A stretch of DNA of 64,000 nucleotides from Klebsormidium nitens (taxonomy: Eukaryota > Plantae > Klebsormidiophyceae), in assembly GCA_000708835.1 (NCBI GenBank), contig DF237285.1:37252-101251 (forward strand). The letters run 5' to 3'. Shown here piece after piece: positions 52,104 to 63,849 of this stretch. The translations under genes and the position numbers were made by a program. Numbering within the stretch: the first letter of the stretch is position 1; each line of letters opens with the position of its first letter. The notes beneath the pieces were generated by a model. That model did no database searches. It was not told the DNA's origin and worked only from the letters and a program-made list of their open reading frames with translations.

Positions 52104-52407
52104 CTGAACAAGAGTTGTGACGTCAGCAAGTTTCAGATCTGACCTTCTTCCTAGCTTGGACCAAGATTGTCGTGTCAGCATGTTAGTGTACCAGTTGACC
52201 TTCCAAGTCGGGGCTGTTGATTGGTTCGGACCAGATGATGGTTTCAGAACGAAAAGGTAACCTGCTCATCAGAAAAGGCATTTATTGTAATGTGGCAGAA
52301 CTGCTGTCAGATTGTCTGCATGTAGCGCTTGCTCTAAGGCACTCTTCTCAAAGGAATCGGTGGAGTGCAAGGAACAGTGAGAAATGATGTGTGTGAGAAT
52401 ACTAACA

Positions 52408-54707
52408 TTCGTTAGTCGCCCCGTTGCAAACTCCAGGACTTGTAGTAAGTCCACAAACTCTTAAGGGGCCAACAAAAGCAGGAGGTAAGACTGTTCTGAT
52501 CAAGAGTGACCTGCAGAGCAGCCAGTGATTGACCTCCTTTTAGCTCCAGTCTCTTTGCCTGGTGCCTTAGTCCAAACCTGATAAGAAAGTTGGTCGTAGA
52601 TCTGTGCTGACGCTGTCTTTCTCACCTTTTCCCTCCGCTGACTGCGGTTGCTGTCATCTTCTCGTCAGCCTCTGTACCCCCACTGGACAGCCCCTCTGGC
52701 GATGTGCCGGGCTTGCTGCATTTTAGAAGTAAGGCATAAGCTATGAGCAACCAACCATAAGCTTCACCTCCTGTCTCTGGTTTTGTGAGCATTGCAGGAC
52801 ATTCAAGCAAGATAAGGACAAGATGTGCGGACCTTAGAGCTTCTGCAGGGAGATCTGAAAGCATTGGGAATTATGCGACACATTACGTACAAAGCATTTT
52901 CAGAGGGCGGAGACTGTTGCTGGTGGTGTGCAAAGAGTGGTGCACTTGGCTGTCAGCGCTGCGCTCCACTAATCCTATTAAAGAGAGAGATTTTAGCAGC
53001 TCTGCATACCAACGGAATGAAGCAACAGCAGTTGTTTGCTAACCGCCGAAATGTTGAAGGAAGACTTCTGAACCCAAACCTGTAACTAAACCCCCCATAT
53101 GAGAAGGGTAGCAGGGGATCAAATGCAGATTAGAATGGCGTCATCTTACCCGTTCAAACCTCGCAGCCAGGTCAAAAACTTGTCGTTTTTTGAGCGGGCA
53201 CGACGCTTTTGCCCCTGCATCAAAAGGAGTCTACTTGTTATACACCAAGCTCATCAAATGCGACTCTGGTCTAATGTTGCACAATATAAATCAAATGCAG
53301 CTGCATTCCAATACTGGGAACTCTTTTCGGAGTACTGCCTTCAGCTGTTAATCAGCAAACATGGCAAAGCGGAACTCCTCGTACTTCAGAATGGCAGAGC
53401 GTGAGGTGAGCGCATCAAGTTTGCGGGCGTCGCAGGGACAACAATGATGCTCAGGAGTTGGAACAATGCCTACCATGACACAAGAAAAGGCGGAGACGAG
53501 GCAGATTGCCAAAACCACCAGCATTTCGCAAGAAGCAAAAATGAATATGTTTCCAGGTCCAAAAGGGCGCGCATAGGCATTTAGAGAAATTAACGTTTGT
53601 GAACGGCTAATGATTTGATGTGGAACGTTGGGCAACCATTGATGAGCTATCAACCTGGAAACAAAAACAGCAACTGTTACAAGAATAGAAACACGTGCGA
53701 TTGTATGCCACTAGAGAACTTGGATGTGAAGGAGCATCCTATGAGAAGTCTTCACCTGATCTTCTCCACCCATCGGAACTGGGTGACCAAACCAGCACAC
53801 AGCAGCAACAGGCCTGCACTGTAAATGCAGATATGAGCAAGTTCAGCTGTCAATCAACAAGACGTTCGTAAGGGCAAGAAAGTACTCTGCATAAGGTTTC
53901 CAGCCTCTCAATGAGACATTCAAAAGCTCTCATATAGGCACAGTCCATTGCGTCCTGAGTATAGTCGCATGTTGTGTAGCTGCGGCCCTCCCTTCCGACA
54001 AAGCAAATCTGCATACCACTCACTGATTTGCCACTCCAGACTGCCAGCATGCTGTCGTCACACTGAACGAGTCAACAACCAATCTACTCTGAATTCGTCC
54101 AGAACAAACCAAACGCAAGCTGCAGACAGTTGGCAAACTCAAGCGAAATGCACTTACCTTACGCGGGCACGTTTGGTCTGTTGTAAACTTTCTGTAGCGA
54201 ACGCCAACCGCCGCGTTGGGCACAGTTGCTTCTGGTTGTCCGACACCAAGCTCGCCCAAAGACTTCCCTTCTCGCAAAGTAGCCCTCGTAACACAGTGGT
54301 TGATCTGGTCGCTGCAGATCCGACTTGCTCTTGCTCCTGCTACTGCTGCACCAGTGGCAGTGCCAGCTATGAAAGCTTTCCCCGCAAACAGAGTTCTGCA
54401 AATTCTCGAAAGTACACTCCGTAATTTTCTTTTCCAGACCATGAAGTACCAGCGTGTGTACATGTCGCGTACTTCAGTTTTGAGGATAGGTACCTACCTA
54501 GGCTACAGCCTACAGCCTACCGGGCGACATTTCCCAATGCCATGAGCTTCCAAAGCGCCCGGCTATTACTGCCGGTTATGTTGGGCCAGTTCACACTGCT
54601 GATGAGGTCCACAGAATAATCGCTGAGGTCGTGGTTTCCGACCTGCATATGTGAAAAGGCTTCAAAGAGGGCCGGAATCACCGATCAAGACTTGGATGAT
54701 CATCTCA
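52408..54707 (-). CDS. Multi-exon coding region of unknown function, possibly the 5' part of the DUF1639-like gene
   Basis: Phase-compatible exons read by eye: ...TCPRK|ICFVGREGRSY...MRAFECLIERLETLCR, ELLKSLSL...KML|YLPAEALRSAHLVLILLECPAML...GWLLIAYALLLK, EFVDLLQVLEFATGRLTN. The ends are not resolved. Confidence 0.4.
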
Positions 54708-57304
54708 CTGGCAATGAGTTCCAAAAGCATTCCCCGACCACTCGATAAGTTAAAAGCTAGCCTGTTGAGGGCTCGGTTGATCTAATGGGAATGGCCCGGC
54801 CAGATCTCCAAGGTCACCGTGCCACAGTGGACACAGGTGAATAGACCCCTGACCTTGACACGTGTAAGAAGCAGCTCGCGTCCCTGTTGTGTGGCGGAAC
54901 CCCCGCTCGCACGCGCCTTATGGCGGCCGCCACGGCCGGGGCCCGACTTGCAGTGCGCGGCCGGCTGCCGAGCTCGACAGCCGCGCCCCGCAGCCTGGTG
55001 TAAGCCTGTGCAATGTGCAATGGATGCCCACTTCCAACACAAGGACAGCCCGACCTGCTGCATGTCGCCACCTGACCTTCAGGTGTAGGTATATGGATAT
55101 GGCTCCTGCCAAGCGACGACAACTTTTGCTGGTCAACGGAAGAGCGGGCCGCAAAAGCTTGCACGATGGGTGCACGAACCTTCTCCTTTTATATGATTGT
55201 GTAGGATTGTGGAGACCTATGGAATACCACAACTCTGGCTGGATCATGTTCTGGATTACAAATTAAGGTCAATCAAATCCATGAAAACTAACGCGCAGAA
55301 CGTTTGTATGAGTCTGCAGTGTGTATCCTTATTGTGAGGCGCTCCCCTATCTACCGTCCTCAAATCGTCGCTAGATAGGCCATCTGTCTCATCGGGTCAC
55401 GACATGTTTCTGCAAAAGAGTCCGATGATGAAAGTGACTTATGATGAGAATGTGATAATGTAGGTATCAGAGAGTAACTTTGAGAGCGTCCTCAAAAACA
55501 AAACTGGTGAAGCTATGCCAATGGGCAGTATATACGTGTTGACTGTTGAGACGTATTATGGTCTTTCCTGTCAAATTCACCCGGGGCAAATCCTCCATCC
55601 TTAAGCATTCCACGTTCAAACATCTCTCTCTTGTCCGAATCCTGTTCTTGGGTCATCTTGAACAATACACCGATTGGTACGGTACAGTCGCTCTACTTCA
55701 TAGATCTTCTACATCTACATCATATGCGACGCGAGAGTGCACACTGTGCTGGCTACTTTTGAGCCTGATTACAAGCTTTCGAAAGTACTTTGCAATGATG
55801 AGATAGATGCTTTAGCAATCAGTAAAAATTCTATTGACGTAAGAACTTGAAGCTTGAAACTCCATCTCTACCTTTTCAGATAGCCAGCAGGTCGGCTCAG
55901 AGCGGATGGTTACTCCCATCCACGTGACCAACGCAACCCAAACTCCCTTTTGTACGAATGACTGTTGTTGGAGATGGGCTTGAATTTCCTGTTTCGAATC
56001 AAGTTGACGTCGCTGGCTTTTTGCTTGTCAAATTCGACGATTGAAAGCCGTTGGTTACGTAGGAAGGTAGCCATGATGACGTCAACGGCAACTAGCAACA
56101 CTTTTGTCAGTCTACAAAGCTTACGGGCAACCTCTACTTGTTCTTGCCAACAGCGATATGTGCGTTTGACATTGTCTTATGTAATTACGAAATCGCAAGG
56201 AACATAGTCGTTCCTCGTGGAACATGCTTTTTACCACGAATACAGTCGTCGAAAAGGTTGCAGCCGTTGCTTGCTTCGAATGCCCCAAGTCTTCGTTTAC
56301 TGCACTTGTTAGCCGACTTGCCACTGCAATATATAACACAAAAGCGAATCACTGATCTGAAACCATCGCGAAGCTCGCCAAGTGGAAACAGGACAGAAAA
56401 GCATCGAACTGATGTAGGCGGCAAAAACCCTGCCCCTTCTCTTGTCAGCTCCATGTCTCTTAACCAGCATGTAACAGGTTCCTCAAGCTGGGACGCAATT
56501 CAAGTTGAGTGCCCTGTCAATACAACGTTCAGAGATTGCCACACAAAAAAGGTCCATACTATCAATCTGCAGGACCTGTCACTGCATAACTTGCATTTAA
56601 AAGGGCCGACTGCACGGAGGTGAACACAAAACACGGCCACCTTACCTGCAAGCCTGCCTGTTGGTCTTGTCTACCCTTTGGCTTCTCCTGTGCTGCCTTT
56701 GTCGCCTTGATTGCAGCCCGGCCTGTGGCACTCTGCTCAAACTTTTGCTGCCTGCAATCAACAGATAAGGAGTGGAGTCAAAGAGCGCTTTGCTACACAG
56801 CAGGTTGTTCTATCTCACCGGATGCTCGAGCAGAAGGCCGGCTAAGCACAGCCTGTCAAGCCCCTGGCTTTGTTCTGAGTGTTTTTGGAGACCTGACCCT
56901 ATCCATGCACTGATGTAGTACAGCGAGACTTCACACTGTAAGTATGATACTACCGCTGCCCTGGCTACTAGCGCATCAACATAAATCACACTAGAAAATT
57001 CCCAGTTTATACTTACTTGAAAGCAAGCGCGCACCTTGAATTCTGAAAGGTGATTACACAGAACTTTCGAAAGGACAACTGAATGTTGTTGGTCATACTG
57101 AATAAGTGAGTGACCAGACTGTCTGGCCGTTGTACAAGCTTCTCATGCTGTTACTTGGGAATCCTGAAGACAATTCTCTGTTCATAGCGCCTCTTCCTTG
57201 CAGTTGCATACCGTAACATGCTCCATATCCTGACAGAAGCCTTCTATACTTATCACGCTCTGTGAATCTTCCATTAGACTCCCATCTCGTGTGAACCAGA
57301 CAAT

Positions 57305-57904
57305 TCAGTTGCGTACGCGGGCCTGTCCCTGCTGTGACACTGCTTCATCTGATCTGAACAGCAGCAATAGCAGAAAAGCGAAGCAGGCGGAAAGAGAAGG
57401 CGGAGAAAGGATGCTCATCCTGTATTTCGTTTCACTTCTTCAGATTTCTACAGGTCCTTTCAATGCTGCTATATTTATAGTCCTGAAGGGTTGAAAAGTG
57501 CTTAGTTTGGATCATGTTGCCATTGATACCCAGCCACCAAGAACAGAAAGATACATAAGACATAGAGAAATTTCTGAGGCAAATCTTTCAATCATAGTGC
57601 ACAAAAGGGCTATTAGAAGAAGATACCAATGACACTTGGAGAATGCCTTCAGTCTGAACCTGGGGCTACTCATGAGGCCTTCAAAGAAAACTGATGCAGC
57701 TTTGTAACACAACAAGCCCAACTTGAGCGGAGCGTCCAGGATCTAGAAGGATAAGCAAAATCACCTCAACGCTGCTGCATTTGCAGCCTGCTGGCGGGCG
57801 TCGACATCCGTCCCAGGATCGCCCCCTAGCCTGCGGCCTGCTCCGCCTCCCCTGAGAGGTCCATCGTCATCTAAGGTAGCGCTCTTCCCACAGCACCCGC
57901 CCAT
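57305..57904 (-). CDS. Small (~62 aa) putative N-myristoylated/S-acylated protein, SVIP-like
   Basis: Exon 1 MGGCCGKS...RRLGG...DARQQAANAAAL(R) ends at a GT donor; a phase-matching exon 2 SDEAVSQQGQARVRN* ends at 57305. MG-x-CC-x-x-S is a dual-acylation N-terminus. Confidence 0.5.
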
Positions 57905-58594
57905 TCCGACCAATGTGTGCCGTGGGAAGGTTGAGATAAGCTGTTTAGACAGCCACAATGCTGTAATTCTGAAGGTAAGTTGTGGGACACAGCGCCGCCT
58001 TGCTCGCATTCCTAGCCTCTTTGACTCTGAGTCACTGGTCTGAGTACGACTCTGAGCAAGAACCACGATCAGGCCTATGCAGGGTCTCCCAACGAAGAAG
58101 AAAAAACGACCTCCTGTATGGAGATTCGACAGCATCGAACTTGCGCCCAGAGCTTGAACCCGTTTCTTTGAAAACCTAATTGCCGAGCATCAAAATGGAC
58201 TAGGTTGAAATGCCGGTTCTTTTGGGCGGCAGACGCTTCTTCATTGCGTATCTGCGCGTCGAACAGAGAGCTGACGGTTTACCTTCAACCATCTCCACTA
58301 CCATCGCCGACTTTCTTCAGCTGAGCTCTCCAGAGTCCAGCAACTGTTCGTTGCAAGTTGCAGCCTGCACAGCAAACCAAACGGACTTCGGCCTTAACTT
58401 CAGCCGCCTGATGGGCGCCACGTGTCCCCCCTAAGTCGATGGTCCTGCGCCCCGGAGGAATTGACCCGATTGCGCCGTCGAAGTGCAAATGCGGTTGGGT
58501 CAGTGCCGCCGGCGACCGTTTTTCGTGACCCTTACCGCCTACAATCACCGTTCCCGGTCTAAAGCTGTAACCAGGGGCCGGCTTTTGCCGACCA

Positions 58595-58655
58595 TTGCCT
58601 AGCTTTGCCTAGCTTTGCCTAAAGCTTTGCCCTAGCTTTGCCTAGCTCTTGCTTT
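58595..58655. repeat. Short 10-bp tandem repeat (ctagctttgc) x ~5
   Basis: ttgcctagctttgcctagctttgcctaaagctttgccctagctttgcctagctcttgc. Confidence 0.8.
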
Positions 58656-59023
58656 GATGACATTAGGGTTTGCCTTGGGCTTGCTTTTCCTAGTTTAGCG
58701 TTCATTTGCGATGCCCAATCAGCGTACAGGATTGAACTACGGGTCCGGGCCATGTCAAATTGAGTCCTTGAAAGGGTCGTGCTATGCAGACTCTGCGTTA
58801 AGCACGAGACGTGACTGGCACTGGGTGTGGGTAGTGCAGTGCCTGAATATTAAATTCTTACTTGTAGGATTGGCTTGCTGCTGGGGCTGCAAGCTACGCT
58901 GCAGGCGCTGTGACTCGGGAGCTGCACGACCATTGATTGATGCTGCAATGTAAGCCAGGAAGGGCTACAACTTCTGTTTAAGGTTTGTTAGCAGTATAGC
59001 TCCGCGTCTGGAAGCAAGGAGAT

Positions 59024-60743
59024 ATGGCAGCAAGTGCCTTGGCAAAAGGTTCGTGTCTTGCTGCTACAATTATGACACCTACCACTCCATCAATATCATC
59101 TTCTAGGAGAGATGCTGTCTTCCGAAAGTTTTCGGGACTCAGTCCGAGCGACAAATTCGAGCAGAATGCGGTGGCAATTGGAAGGAGCATTTCCAGAGGT
59201 GAGCTTGTTTGTCATTGTCCTTGTAGCACTCTTTGTTCGGTTATCAGCACATCTCTGGTTTGTTTTTCTTGTTTGAAGAAAATAGAGCGGCAGTCAATCT
59301 TTCCAGCTCAAGCATGAGTGAGGGTGGGCCTCTGACGAGTTGAATGGAGCTTGGCAATGGTCCATGTTCTGTCGGAAGCTGTTTCTCATGCGATTCGTTG
59401 AATCAAGGTCTGTTTACATACTGAAAATTCGAGCAGAAGGCAGAGGGACGATGATAAACCTGAGGGGTTGTTCCGGCAGGTCGATTCAGCCACTGCAGAA
59501 AGCCCCCTGTGGAACCTTCCATTCCTGCTCATTCACATGGTTCTTCGTTGTTTGGACGAAGTGCCCACGGTTCCTAACGGTCCTGGAGTTCTTGGATGCA
59601 GTGGAATTCTCTTGGTACATCCTCTCAGGCATGTGTGTTTCTCTGTCCAGGAACCGCTGCGCGTGGAAGGCGATACCAGAGCATCACGGCGGCGGAGAAG
59701 TCCGATGTCGTCCTCTCCGATTCTGAGAAGGAACTGCTACGACAGATGGGCAACCTTTTTGACAGCAAGCAGCAAAGCGTGCAAAGTCTTGAGAGTGGCG
59801 TGCAGAGTCTGCAGCAAAGCGTGCAAAGTCTTGAGAGTGGCGTGCAGAGTCTGCAGCAAAGCGTGCAAAGTCTTGAGAGTGGCGTGCAGAGTCTTTACAC
59901 AGAATTTGCGGCGCAGCAAACCAACCTAGACCAGCAGAGGCAGCTGCTTGGAACGCTCGTAGAAGCAAGTGCACGGGAACAAGTGCGTAAGATGTTTGGA
60001 GAGAATTATGAGAAATCACTCTTGGCCCGGTCCCTCCAGGATCTAGCACTGCTTCTTCCTGAGGAGGCTGTGCACAACTCTAGTAAAGCAAAGCAAGTTC
60101 TGAAGGGGCCCCTGGAGCGAGCCGTTTTTGTGAGCAGGGCCTGGTCGAGGCAGGCATTCCAGAGAAGCTTCTCATTAGCCTACAGGAGGGTGCTGGAGAG
60201 TCGGGGTGGCTGCGCGAGGACGGAAGATTAGACCGGTCTAGTCTCGGTAGATTCCTTGGCAGCACTCCCAATGCTGCGCTGAGGTCAACAATCGTGCGCC
60301 TTCGACGAGTCCTGCAGCTGGAGAAGGTAGATGACCAAGTACAGGAGCTCATTCTGTGTGAAAGCGCGGGGATCCTCTGCCTGATGGCAGCGGCATTCCC
60401 GGATATCTACTTGAAGGGGCAGCCGAACGTATTCCCCAGTGATGAACTGGAGATCGATTGCAAGGGGCGGATGGATGTAGCACGGGATGGGACTTTCTCG
60501 TACATCGACCTTGGGGAGGTGAAGACGCGCCTGGATTACGCCACTGCAGTCCCACAGTTGGGCTTACGTCTAGGAGCATTGAAGTGGTTTGTTTGCAAAG
60601 CGTGCGGGGCACAGACAGAGGGCGTGCGGCTTGTCGGACGCTTGTTCGTGTTCCAACAAGGGGTTGAGGAGTTCGTAGATCTTGCTCAGAGGGATGAGGC
60701 CTCGACAAAGTGGGGTTATAGCCTCTATCTGCATAGGGTGTGA
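59024..60743 (+). CDS. Heptad-repeat coiled-coil + PD-(D/E)XK nuclease-fold protein with a transit-peptide-like first exon
   Basis: Exon 1 59024-59198 (MAASALAK...S/T/A/R-rich) splices in phase 1 to 59651 (GTAARGRRYQSITAAEK...). It continues with (QQSVQSLESGVQSL)x3 and a C-terminal ELEIDCKG...IDLGEVKT...AVPQL motif. The frame changes near 60125-60185 (56-nt GT-AG intron or 1-nt indel). Confidence 0.7.
59770..59895 (+). repeat. Near-perfect 42-bp coding tandem repeat x3 (two heptads per unit)
   Basis: cagcaaagcgtgcaaagtcttgagagtggcgtgcagagtctg at 59770, 59812 and 59854. Confidence 0.95.
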
Positions 60744-61847
60744 AGGACTCAAAAGGAAACGCAGGACTGGAACCTGTACTGGCCTACAGGTTTGTACATC
60801 TCAAACCCGATCAAAATATTGTCATATTGGTAAATGAAGAAGAACATCTGTACAGAGGAGGACAGGGTTATATGTAGAAGGGACATACTTGTATAGAGGA
60901 GCACACTTGTCTGCGCACACCTAGCAACTTGGTCCTTATCAAGGTACTTATCTGTGGGCTGTCCTACATGAGCTGTTCTGAGTCGCTTGCACCTGTTTAA
61001 TGTAAAGCTATGTGCCATGCAACTAATGTGTGCTATAGTTTTCAGAATTGTAGCAAATCAATTGTGCACATTATGCACTGCGCAGATCTTCAGCATGGAT
61101 CGTTGAAGTGATTGAAGCTTCTCGTTCTTACTCATGTCAAGTACAGGAGGTCTGATCGTGCAGCCACGCTCAGAAGCATAATTCACCATTGTATGCATAC
61201 ATGATCCTGCACTGCGTTGGTTGCCTCGCATGCACTACAGTGCTATAAACGTACACAGCACTATCAATCATGTGGTGCCATAATAAAGATGGCCCTTTTG
61301 ATGTACTAAGGATCTTAGGGAGAATGCATAGGAGCTCGCGGCCGCACAACATATTTCAACATACGATAAAGAATATCATTGACGCGGATGCTCTGTCAAA
61401 TCGGGGTCAACGAAAGGACTGGTAGACCCTCTGGCAGTGCTCGGGCCACGTGCACCATGTGGCCCCTAAAGAAGTGGTATAAATCAAATTCATATGACCA
61501 TTCTGTATCCATGCATTACGTGCGCCAAGCAGCCAACGATGGCCCGGTCTACGTGCTATATAGCACGCATGTTAAAAAGACCATCGGCACCACCCGCCTG
61601 CATATGTACACTCGAGTGCTCGGAGATCCGTCCCATGCGGCAGATCGGAAAGCTGACGCGCTTCGAGAGCATGCTGGGCGGTGAGACGCCTCCGGTGGCC
61701 CCCGATGATCTCAGCGTGTGCCGCACGTTGGACAAGCGGTTCGTGGACTATTGGGCCTTCCAGGGTGACATGGGGGGCAGCCATATAGCCGATCAGATGT
61801 ACGCCTCATGTGGCAGGTGAGCCCTCCTCTCCACAGATCTCCACAAC

Positions 61848-62960
61848 ATGTTCAGGGTGTTCATGGTTTTGCACAAACTTGGCAAAGATAAATTTTCTCG
61901 GCGGCCCGCCGAATATGTTCAGGGTGTTCAGGCTTTTGCCCAAACTTTCTCACGAGTCAAAAATTGACACGTGGCAGTTTCAAGATGGTCAGGGTGTTCA
62001 AGCTTTTGCCCAAACTTTCTCAAGAGTCAAAAAAGTGACACGTGGCAGTTTCAAGATGTTCAGGGTGTTCAAGCTTTTGCCCAAACTTTCTCAAGAGTCA
62101 AAAAGGTGACACGTGGCACTTTCAAGATGTTCAGGGTGTTCAAGCTTTTGCCCAAACTTAGCAAAAATGATTTTTTCTCGGCGGCCCGCCGAATATGTTC
62201 AGGCTGTTTAGGCTTTTGCCCAAACTTTCTGGAGAGACAAAGTTTCCATGACACGTGGCGGTTTCGGGATGTTCAAGATGTTCAGGGTGTTCAGGCTTTT
62301 GCCCAAACTTTCTCAAGAGACAAATGTTTCCATGACACGTGGCGGTTTCANNNNNNNNNNNNNNNNNNNNNNNNNNNNNNNNNNNNNNNNNNNNNNNNNN
62401 NNNNNNNNNNNNNNNNNNNNNNNNNNNNNNNNNNNNNNNNNNNNNNNNNNNNNNNNNNNNNNNNNNNNNNNNNNNNNNNNNNNNNNNNNNNNNNNNNNNN
62501 NNNNNNNNNNNNNNNNNNNNNNNNNNNNNNNNNNNNNNNNNNNNNNNNNNNNNNNNNNNNNNNNNNNNNNNNNNNNNNNNNNNNNNNNNNNNNNNNNNNN
62601 NNNNNNNNNNNNNNNNNNNNNNNNNNNNNNNNNNNNNNNNNNNNNNNNNNNNNNNNNNNNNNNNNNNNNNNNNNNNNNNNNNNNNNNNNNNNNNNNNNNN
62701 NNNNNNNNNNNNNNNNNNNNNNNNNNNNNNNNNNNNNNNNNNNNNNNNNNNNNNNNNNNNNNNNNNNNNNNNNNNNNNNNNNNNNNNNNNNNNNNNNNNN
62801 NNNNNNNNNNNNNNNNNNNNNNNNNNNNNNNNNNNNNNNNNNNNNNNNNNNNNNNNNNNNNNNNNNNNNNNNNNNNNNNNNNNNNNGGATGTTCAAGATG
62901 TTCAGGGTGTTCAAGATGTTCAGGATGTTCAGGGTGTTCAGGCTTCTACGCAAACTTCTC
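61848..62960 (+). repeat. 71-bp minisatellite with 9-bp subrepeats and ~280-bp higher-order period, in a D5-gene intron (spans the gap)
   Basis: Unit gttcagggtgttcaagcttttgcccaaactttctcaagagtcaaaaaagtgacacgtggcagtttcaagat; tgacacgtggc at 61965, 62036, 62107, 62249 and 62333; variant unit ttttctcggcggcccgccgaa at ~61893 and ~62173. Confidence 0.93.
62351..62886. other. Assembly gap (N run)
   Basis: 536 consecutive N inside the minisatellite. Confidence 1.
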
Positions 62961-63849
62961 CAGACCTCGTGAACTGAACCATCTATGTGTGTCACTCACA
63001 CAGGCTCTGGTTCTACGGCAAATGGCATTTCTGGAACGGCCAGCGCTTCGAGGTGGACGGCACCGGAAGCTACGTCCGCTTCGTCGTCATGCACCAGCTC
63101 AGTCGGGTGTACCAACGCGTGCGGGAGGAGCTCCACGAGCAGCTGAGGGGCCGGTGTGGGTGACGACAAGGAGCGTGCGGCAGAGCTGCTGGCGATGCTC
63201 AAGAGCCTCAGAGACTACAACAACGTGGCGGCGGTCAACAGCACCATGGAGGTCATGCAGGGCAAGATGTACGCTCCGGATCTGTTCCAGCGGCTGAACA
63301 CGGACGTGCACATCATCAACGTGCGCAACGGTATCTGGCAGCTGAAGACGGGAGCGCTCGACGTACACAGGCCGCAGTACCTGTGCACCTTCATGACCGA
63401 CGTCGACTACAGGGTGAGTGTCTTAGACAGCCGCGAATGATCCATGGGTGGATTGGTTGGGCTGTTCAAGTACTATCCTTTTTCTTATGAATAATTCATA
63501 TAAGAAAAAAGAAAGGCATTAAACATGGACCAAGTCCTGTTCTAGAATGGGAGGGCCGACGATAGGTAGCTTGGGCCATGCGAGCGAGACTCTTGCCGCC
63601 GTATGCGCTTGGACACCTTGGATGGGCATCGGATTCATGGAGGTCGATGGAGTGGATGACGCAATTTCTCCATCTTTTCAGGGGCTCGATTTTCCATCGC
63701 CCGTACCAATGGAGTTCCTCCGGGACATCTTCAACAGCAACGAGGTCCTGATCCGCTGGATGCTGCGCGTGTTCGCTTATGCCATCAACGGGCTCACGTG
63801 CGAGGAAATCATCGTCTTTCTCGTCGGCGGAGGAGGTGAGACTGCCACA

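Larger units (their letters stand above)
61644..63835 (+). pseudogene. Intron-containing D5-like (phage P4/NCLDV-type) primase-helicase, partial; +1 frameshift; runs off the window
   Basis: Exons ...-61816, 63004-63416 (LWFYGKWHFWNGQRF; LNTDVHIINVRNGIWQLKTGALDVHRPQYLCTFMTDVDY = D5_N-like) and 63682-63835 (EFLRDIF...WMLRVFAYAING...EEIIVFLVGGG, leading into the SF3 Walker A, which an intron interrupts). TGA at 63161 is bypassed by removing one G of gggg 63147-63150. It may be intact if that is an assembly error. Confidence 0.75.

Noticed and set aside
55380-56620. Candidate exons or ORFs (55910-56101 -, 56138-56623 +)
   Set aside because: No homology recognised and splice phases are ambiguous.
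58595-58700. ctagctttgc repeat and ttaggg as a telomere-like seed
   Set aside because: The unit does not match plant or algal telomere repeats and there is only an isolated ttaggg; kept as a simple repeat.
61971-63297. ORFs spanning the N run (61971-62972, 62248-63297, 62339-62977, 62348-62995)
   Set aside because: They are artefacts of translating the satellite and the assembly gap.
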